DNA of 64,000 nucleotides from the NCBI GenBank assembly GCA_050014475.1, contig JBEKDG010000008.1:18636-82635 (forward strand), in the 5' to 3' direction. The notes beneath the pieces were generated by a model, which was not told the DNA's origin, searched no databases, and saw only the letters and a list, made by a program, of their open reading frames with translations. The translations under genes and the position numbers were made by a program. Below are positions 59,235 through 64,000 of the stretch, in pieces. The stretch's first letter is position 1, and every line of letters begins with the position of its first letter. This DNA comes from Terriglobales bacterium (lineage in GTDB: Bacteria > Acidobacteriota > Terriglobia > Terriglobales > Acidobacteriaceae).

Positions 59235-59290
59235 CAGCTCTCAGCTCTCAGCTCTTCGCTCTTGGCTTTTCGCTCTCGGTTCTTGGCTCT
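59235..59290. repeat. eight tandem heptads (CAGCTCT degenerating to TGGCTCT) with no inverted partner
   Basis: Read directly, immediately after the E1 stop. Confidence 0.85.
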
Positions 59291-59324
59291 CGGATTTCAC
59301 AGAGTCCCGGAGGGACGGCCGAGA

Positions 59325-59753
59325 TTACCCTTTCTTTGCTTTGCTCGAACCGCCCCAGCCCTTCCCGAAATTAAATCCCCACGGCCCACCGCCAAAACAA
59401 AGCAGTGCAAACGCGATGACCGCCAGCGCCAGCGGAAATTCGTATCCGCCATTGCCCGTCAGCCCGTTCTTAAAGTGCACCTTCCAGATGGCCACGGCCA
59501 TCTCGATCGCGAACGCAAGCGAAAAGAAGGGCGTAAACAATCCAAGCACGATGGCAATCCCACCGAAGAATTCCGTCCCGGCGGAAAGATATGCCAACCA
59601 ACGAGGAAGACCGAGCGAGCCCACGAAATCCATGTGATGATGAAACCCGCCCCACACCTTGTGATAACCATGCGCGATCATGATCGCTCCCAGAACGAGC
59701 CGCATCACGAGCAGCGCGAAGGGCCGCAGCCGATTGAGAAAATCCACGCTCAC
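59325..59753 (-). CDS. DoxX-family membrane protein
   Basis: 142 aa with four TM segments. RLVLGAIMIAHGYHKV is typical DoxX. Confidence 0.82.
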   Translation of the reverse strand: MSVDFLNRLRPFALLVMRLVLGAIMIAHGYHKVWGGFHHHMDFVGSLGLPRWLAYLSAGTEFFGGIAIVLGLFTPFFSLAFAIEMAVAIWKVHFKNGLTGNGGYEFPLALAVIAFALLCFGGGPWGFNFGKGWGGSSKAKKG

Positions 59754-60159
59754 CTCCAGAACAGGGAACGGATAAGGTAACAGAAAGGGCGGGGTCAGGG
59801 GTCAACTCTTCGCCTAAGCTTACACCGGTTGGTCTGAAGTTGTTTTGGATGACATACCCGCCTGCGTTTGCTTGTCAGGCGGAATTTCAGCCCCGGCTGG
59901 ATAGATGAAAATCTCCAATTGATCTCTTTCGTCACTAAAGATGAGTATTTTCTTGCACCGAAGCTGCAAGTAATTGACGTTTTTGCGCGGCTACATTCTT
60001 GTTTCTTGCAAGTCTCTCGGGGGGGGCCTAACTTTCTGAAGCGAGAACACTTATCAGCGCTTCCCGGGGGTGGGGGGGCGCATTGGTGACGAAAGTGCTA
60101 TTACTTTCGGGGCCGGAGTGTACTTTCGTCAATAGAAGACCTGGAAGGTAGGAAGACAT

Positions 60160-60942
60160 ATGAGACCTCGCCGCTTTCGTTGCTTTGCTCTCTCGTTCTT
60201 GCTTCTCCCGTTGTTGGTACTCAGCGCTTATGCCGGCACGATCAATCTGGGAACCGCCGGCAGCTATGCAGTGCTGGCTGGCTCGGCTGTGACCAATACC
60301 GGCCCAAGCGGCATCTACGGAGACCTAGGTGTCAGCCCAGGTTGCGCGATAACCGGCATTCCTCCGGGGATCGTGCACGGAGCGATCAACGCATGTAACG
60401 CGAAGGCAGCTCAGGCTCAGCTTGATCTGACCTCAGCGTACAACGTGGCAGCGGGCCTGCCGTACAATGTCAACTTGACTGGTCAGGACTTGGGTGGACA
60501 GAATCTCAAGCCCGGCGTATATTTTTTTTCTAGTACTGCTCAGCTGACGGGGGTACTGACTCTCAACAACAACGGTAACAAAAATGCACTGTTCGTTTTT
60601 CAGATAGGTAGTGCGCTCACGACCGCAACCAGCTCGTCTGTTGTTTTTACCAATGGTCCAGATAAGAACGTGTTTTGGCAGGTTGGCAGCTCCGCGACTC
60701 TCGGTACAACCACCAAGTTCGTGGGACACATTCTCGCGCTCGACAGCATCACCCTGAATACCGGCGCAAGCATCACTTGCGGGAGTGCCTTGGCGAGAAA
60801 TGGTGCAGTGACGCTGGATACTAACGTCATCACTACTAATTGCAGAGCCGTGGGGACTGTTCCAGAGCCCGGCACCCTAAGCTTGATGGGGAGTGGACTG
60901 GCAATTCTGGCCGGTTTAGCGCGTCGGAGAATGCGCATCTAG
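60160..60942 (+). CDS. DUF3494 (ice-binding-like) protein with a PEP-CTERM anchor
   Basis: LGTAGSYAVLAGSAVTNTGPSGIYGDLGVSPG at the N-terminus, and VPEPGTLSLMGSGLAILAGLARRR at the C-terminus. Confidence 0.8.
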   Translation: MRPRRFRCFALSFLLLPLLVLSAYAGTINLGTAGSYAVLAGSAVTNTGPSGIYGDLGVSPGCAITGIPPGIVHGAINACNAKAAQAQLDLTSAYNVAAGLPYNVNLTGQDLGGQNLKPGVYFFSSTAQLTGVLTLNNNGNKNALFVFQIGSALTTATSSSVVFTNGPDKNVFWQVGSSATLGTTTKFVGHILALDSITLNTGASITCGSALARNGAVTLDTNVITTNCRAVGTVPEPGTLSLMGSGLAILAGLARRRMRI

Positions 60943-61290
60943 CGCATTCGGCGAAAGATCGGCATACGAGCTTCTCCTCTTAAGGATACTCTGATTAAGT
61001 CGGTTCACGGATAGCTTTGAAAGGGCATGGCTTCAGCCATGCCGTCAGAACCCGCTACACAAGCGGCTTTAGCCGCTGAGGGTCGCCCTCTCAAAACATC
61101 CCGTCTCGCCAGCGAAGACGTAATCAGACAATCCTTAAGCCTATCGGTAGAGACCGCTTGTCGTCATGCTACCGCTCCCGCTGCCTTCTGCTCCAATAAT
61201 TCCACCAATCGCTGCAAGTCCAACGTGATCTGCTAGGGGTATATGGTCGGCCAGGGGGAATTGATGGCAGAAGTAAATCGCGTCTAAGTA

Positions 61291-61707
61291 CTACCAGCTA
61301 GAGTACGCGGTGCCGTCGATGGCCGTTTGGTCGGAGCCGCTATGGACACCCACGATGCCAGGCTGGGTCTGGTCGATGGACTTGAGCGAGTCTTCCTGTT
61401 CCAGCACCCAGGTGTCCTTGCTGCCGGTAATATCGTTCGGGACAAACTTGAGGTATCCCGCCGAGACCAAATCTTCTAGCGACTGCGGCGCCTTCTGCTT
61501 GTCGAGCGTGTACTGATCGATGACTTTGTTGAGCGTCGCCAGATTCTGTCTCAGCGTGGTTTCGCGCGCGCGGATAATGCTCTGGTTGTACATCGGCAAC
61601 GCAATCGACAGCAGAATCAGGATCATGCTGATGACCACCACCATTTCGATCAGCGTGAAACCCCGATTGCAGAACTTGCGACTGCGGGCTTTGGACCTGA
61701 ATTTCAT
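61291..61707 (-). CDS. prepilin-type N-terminal cleavage/methylation protein (pseudopilin)
   Basis: RGFTLIEMVVVISMILILLSIALP. Confidence 0.8.
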   Translation of the reverse strand: MKFRSKARSRKFCNRGFTLIEMVVVISMILILLSIALPMYNQSIIRARETTLRQNLATLNKVIDQYTLDKQKAPQSLEDLVSAGYLKFVPNDITGSKDTWVLEQEDSLKSIDQTQPGIVGVHSGSDQTAIDGTAYSSW

Positions 61708-62175
61708 CTACCAGTCCTTGTACTTCGTGCCGTCCAAAGCGATTTGGTCCGACTTGCTGTAAACGTCGAAAACGTTTTGCCCACCCCAGGAATCCGAGTC
61801 TTTATCGTCCTGCATGGAGCGCATTCCCCACTCCTGTTTGGTCATGGGATCAACCGGGATCCTGCGGAGAAACTTCAGTTTCTTGCCTGCCACATCCACA
61901 CCGGTGACCAGCGTGTCGAGATCCGGTGGATAGCCTTCGCTCCCCAGCTTGATCTGGAACGCGCCCCGATCGGCGGCGTCCTTGTAGCGATCGATCGCGT
62001 CGCGGATCATCCAGAGGTCTTCGCGCAGCTCGTGCTCGCGCTCCCGATATATGGTGATTCTTACCAGCGGAAACGCCGCTCCCACCAGGATGGCCAGGAT
62101 GGCGGTCGCAACGATCAACTCGATCAGCGTAAACCCGCGCTGCCGGCGAGCCGCCGTGTTTGTCGACTGGTCCAT
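61708..62175 (-). CDS. GspG-like pseudopilin
   Basis: QRGFTLIELIVATAILAIL, then REHELREDLWMIRDAIDRY. Confidence 0.82.
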   Translation of the reverse strand: MDQSTNTAARRQRGFTLIELIVATAILAILVGAAFPLVRITIYREREHELREDLWMIRDAIDRYKDAADRGAFQIKLGSEGYPPDLDTLVTGVDVAGKKLKFLRRIPVDPMTKQEWGMRSMQDDKDSDSWGGQNVFDVYSKSDQIALDGTKYKDW

Positions 62176-62186
62176 ACAGGAGTTCC

Positions 62187-62254
62187 CGGCTCTCCGTTCT
62201 CAGTTCAACCAACCGGATCTCCACTGAGAACTGAGAACCGGAAACTGAGAACTG
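62187..62254. repeat. short hairpin/array of GAGAACT-type heptads
   Basis: GTTCTCAG pairs with CTGAGAAC, and the right arm carries three CTGAGAAC-type units. Confidence 0.7.
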
Positions 62255-62257
62255 TTT

Positions 62258-64000
62258 CTACTGAATCGTAATCGCCGCCTGCGCTCCGCTCATCGCAATC
62301 GGCTGCATCGCCGGGTCCCGGGCTCCGCCCCGAGTAATCGTCAGCGCCGACTGGCCCGGCCCCTTCGCCATGAAGGTGAGCGTCACCACCGCGCCCTGTC
62401 CAGAAACGCCCCCGGCGCCCGGAGGCCGCGTGGCCGTGACTTGCAGCGTGCCGGTCGCGGGATCGTCGCGATGCACTAACGCCACCGCTTGCCCGTCCTG
62501 CGACAGGAATCCGCCGTTCGATATGTTGACCACCTGCAACTGATTCGGATCGTAGTTAAGTTGCACGGGGACCGAATACACGTTCTGCCCGCCGGAAAGC
62601 ATCACATTCACCGTGAAGGTCGAGCCCTTGGCCTGGCTCAAGGTGGGCGGATCAAACAGGAACGTTCCTGTACCGGCTCCAGCCTGGGTTTGCGGAACTT
62701 GATTCTGCGGAGGCTGAGCTTGCGGAATCAAATTCTGCGGAGTCGGCGTTTGCGGCATCGCCGCCTGCGGCTGCGCCGGAGCGGCTGCGGGCGCGGCCTG
62801 GATCCCTGGTGAAGACGCCGGGGCGGGCGCGCCGCTCGCCGGCCCCGCCGGCTTGCTGCTCGATCGTCTCAACTCCAGCGCATTGGCCGTACCCACGTCG
62901 ATCATGTCGACATTGCCACGCGGCCCCTCAGGCCCGCGGATAATGTGCGGGACCAGCACGAACACGATTTCGTTCTCCGCATGATCGGTATCGGTCTCTC
63001 CAAAGAGATATTTCAGGATCGGAATCTGCGCCAGACCCGGAATCCCGGTCAGCGCCTTGGTCTGCGTATCCTCCATCATGCCGCCCAGCAGGCTGACTTC
63101 GCCATCCTTCAAGCGAATCTCGTTCTCGATTTTGCGCTGGCCGATCACCGGTTGGCTGATGCCTCCAATGCTTACGTACGAGGTCACCGCCGAGACGTCC
63201 ATCGTCATCTTCAACGTAATTTCCCGTCCCGCATGCACCCGCGGCGTGATGTCGATGTTCACGCCCACATCGAGGTATTGAAATTGCGTGTTGACCAGCG
63301 GGTTGATACCGACTCCGCCAATGCCCGGCTGAAACGATCCCGTCGCCACCGGCACGCGATCGCCGATCTTCAGCGACGCCTTCTGCCCGTCCAGCGCCCG
63401 GATCTGCGGGTTCTGGATGATCTTGGTGTTGGTGTCGCTCAACAATGCCGTCGCCGTAGCCTGCGGAATCGTCACCTGGAAGTCGGTGGCATTCAGGTTC
63501 GCGATCGTATTCAGGCTGATGCCGGTCGTCGAGGCGGTAGTACCCGTGGTGGTTGTAGTGCTCGAGGTAGTGTTGACATTGGGCTGCAACTGTACCGAGG
63601 CGCTGGTCGGAGGGTTGATTCCAAGCTTGCGCGACTTGTCGCGGCTCACCTGCATCACCGCCACTTCGATCAGCACCTCTGGTTTCGCCTTGTCGAGATC
63701 GTCCACCAGTTTCTGCGCCAGCGCCATCTGGTCCGGCGTGCCCCGCACCACGATCGCTCCCTGCGAGGGCAACTGCTGAATCCGGCTCACCTCGAGGATG
63801 GTGCGCATCGCGTTCACTACATCCTGCAATTCGGTAGGCTGAGAAAGATTGGAAAGATAAAAAGTTTTGATGACGTTTTGTTCCAGCTCTTTCCGCTTCG
63901 CGGGATTGTCTTGCGCGATAAAAATCGTGTTCGGCGTCACCGGACGCCAAAAGGTTTTGGTCTCAAACGATATGACCTCCAGCGCGTCTTCGAGCGTCAC
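62258..64000 (-). CDS. secretin (GspD/PilQ superfamily) with a C-terminal cohesin-like domain; 5' end outside the window
   Basis: Secretin domain (IPGLAQIPILKYLFG), a Pro/Ala/Gln linker, then about 150 aa of cohesin-like beta domain (FTVNVMLSGGQNVYSVPVQLNYDPNQLQVV). Confidence 0.88.
   Translation of the reverse strand: MTLEDALEVISFETKTFWRPVTPNTIFIAQDNPAKRKELEQNVIKTFYLSNLSQPTELQDVVNAMRTILEVSRIQQLPSQGAIVVRGTPDQMALAQKLVDDLDKAKPEVLIEVAVMQVSRDKSRKLGINPPTSASVQLQPNVNTTSSTTTTTGTTASTTGISLNTIANLNATDFQVTIPQATATALLSDTNTKIIQNPQIRALDGQKASLKIGDRVPVATGSFQPGIGGVGINPLVNTQFQYLDVGVNIDITPRVHAGREITLKMTMDVSAVTSYVSIGGISQPVIGQRKIENEIRLKDGEVSLLGGMMEDTQTKALTGIPGLAQIPILKYLFGETDTDHAENEIVFVLVPHIIRGPEGPRGNVDMIDVGTANALELRRSSSKPAGPASGAPAPASSPGIQAAPAAAPAQPQAAMPQTPTPQNLIPQAQPPQNQVPQTQAGAGTGTFLFDPPTLSQAKGSTFTVNVMLSGGQNVYSVPVQLNYDPNQLQVVNISNGGFLSQDGQAVALVHRDDPATGTLQVTATRPPGAGGVSGQGAVVTLTFMAKGPGQSALTITRGGARDPAMQPIAMSGAQAAITIQ

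Noticed and set aside
24515-62254. Heptad/octamer arrays as CRISPR arrays.
   Set aside because: The units are 7-8 nt and directly abutting, with no spacers. The arrays are under 60 nt and no cas genes are present.

Overview
This is a high-GC (about 60%) chromosomal segment. Its gene content suggests an Acidobacteriota/Terriglobia-like genome: paired VWFA-type proteins, a carboxypeptidase-regulatory-type TonB-dependent receptor, a PEP-CTERM protein, and a fused E1 alpha/beta dehydrogenase. That taxonomic call is inference only; all names come from motifs read in the translations, and no database search was possible. From about 15.5 kb to 64 kb the window is ordinary housekeeping DNA: fadD-like ligase, thiG, thiE, a PGM/PMM-family mutase, cutA, a cysK-like/metB-like pair, accB-accC, rph, two APC permeases, pilMNOPQ, an amidase plus GerMN protein, and a pseudopilin/secretin cluster. 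The first about 15.3 kb is accessory DNA. It holds a three-gene tyrosine recombinase array with the recombinase-in-trio (RIT) architecture, which abuts a truncated DUF932 gene at a perfect 32-bp lox-like palindrome. Next to it are a frameshifted SNF2-type helicase and two orphan genes. A primary-like rpoD follows, then a small xis-int module next to an initiator-type tRNA-Met. I found no clear multi-gene novel system. The points most worth a second look are: (1) a peroxiredoxin with an in-frame TGA exactly at the peroxidatic Cys position, a probable selenoprotein that ORF calling splits in two; (2) the RIT element, whose first recombinase carries four tandem 100-residue N-terminal repeats, together with its palindromic junction; (3) several families of structured intergenic repeats. 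These include long hairpins whose arms are tandem 7-8-nt units with matching variation between arms, TTCA-loop hairpins with compensatory changes (one inside a CDS), a 76-nt twin-hairpin repeat, a GAGACGCGGC palindrome family, and MITE-like elements.
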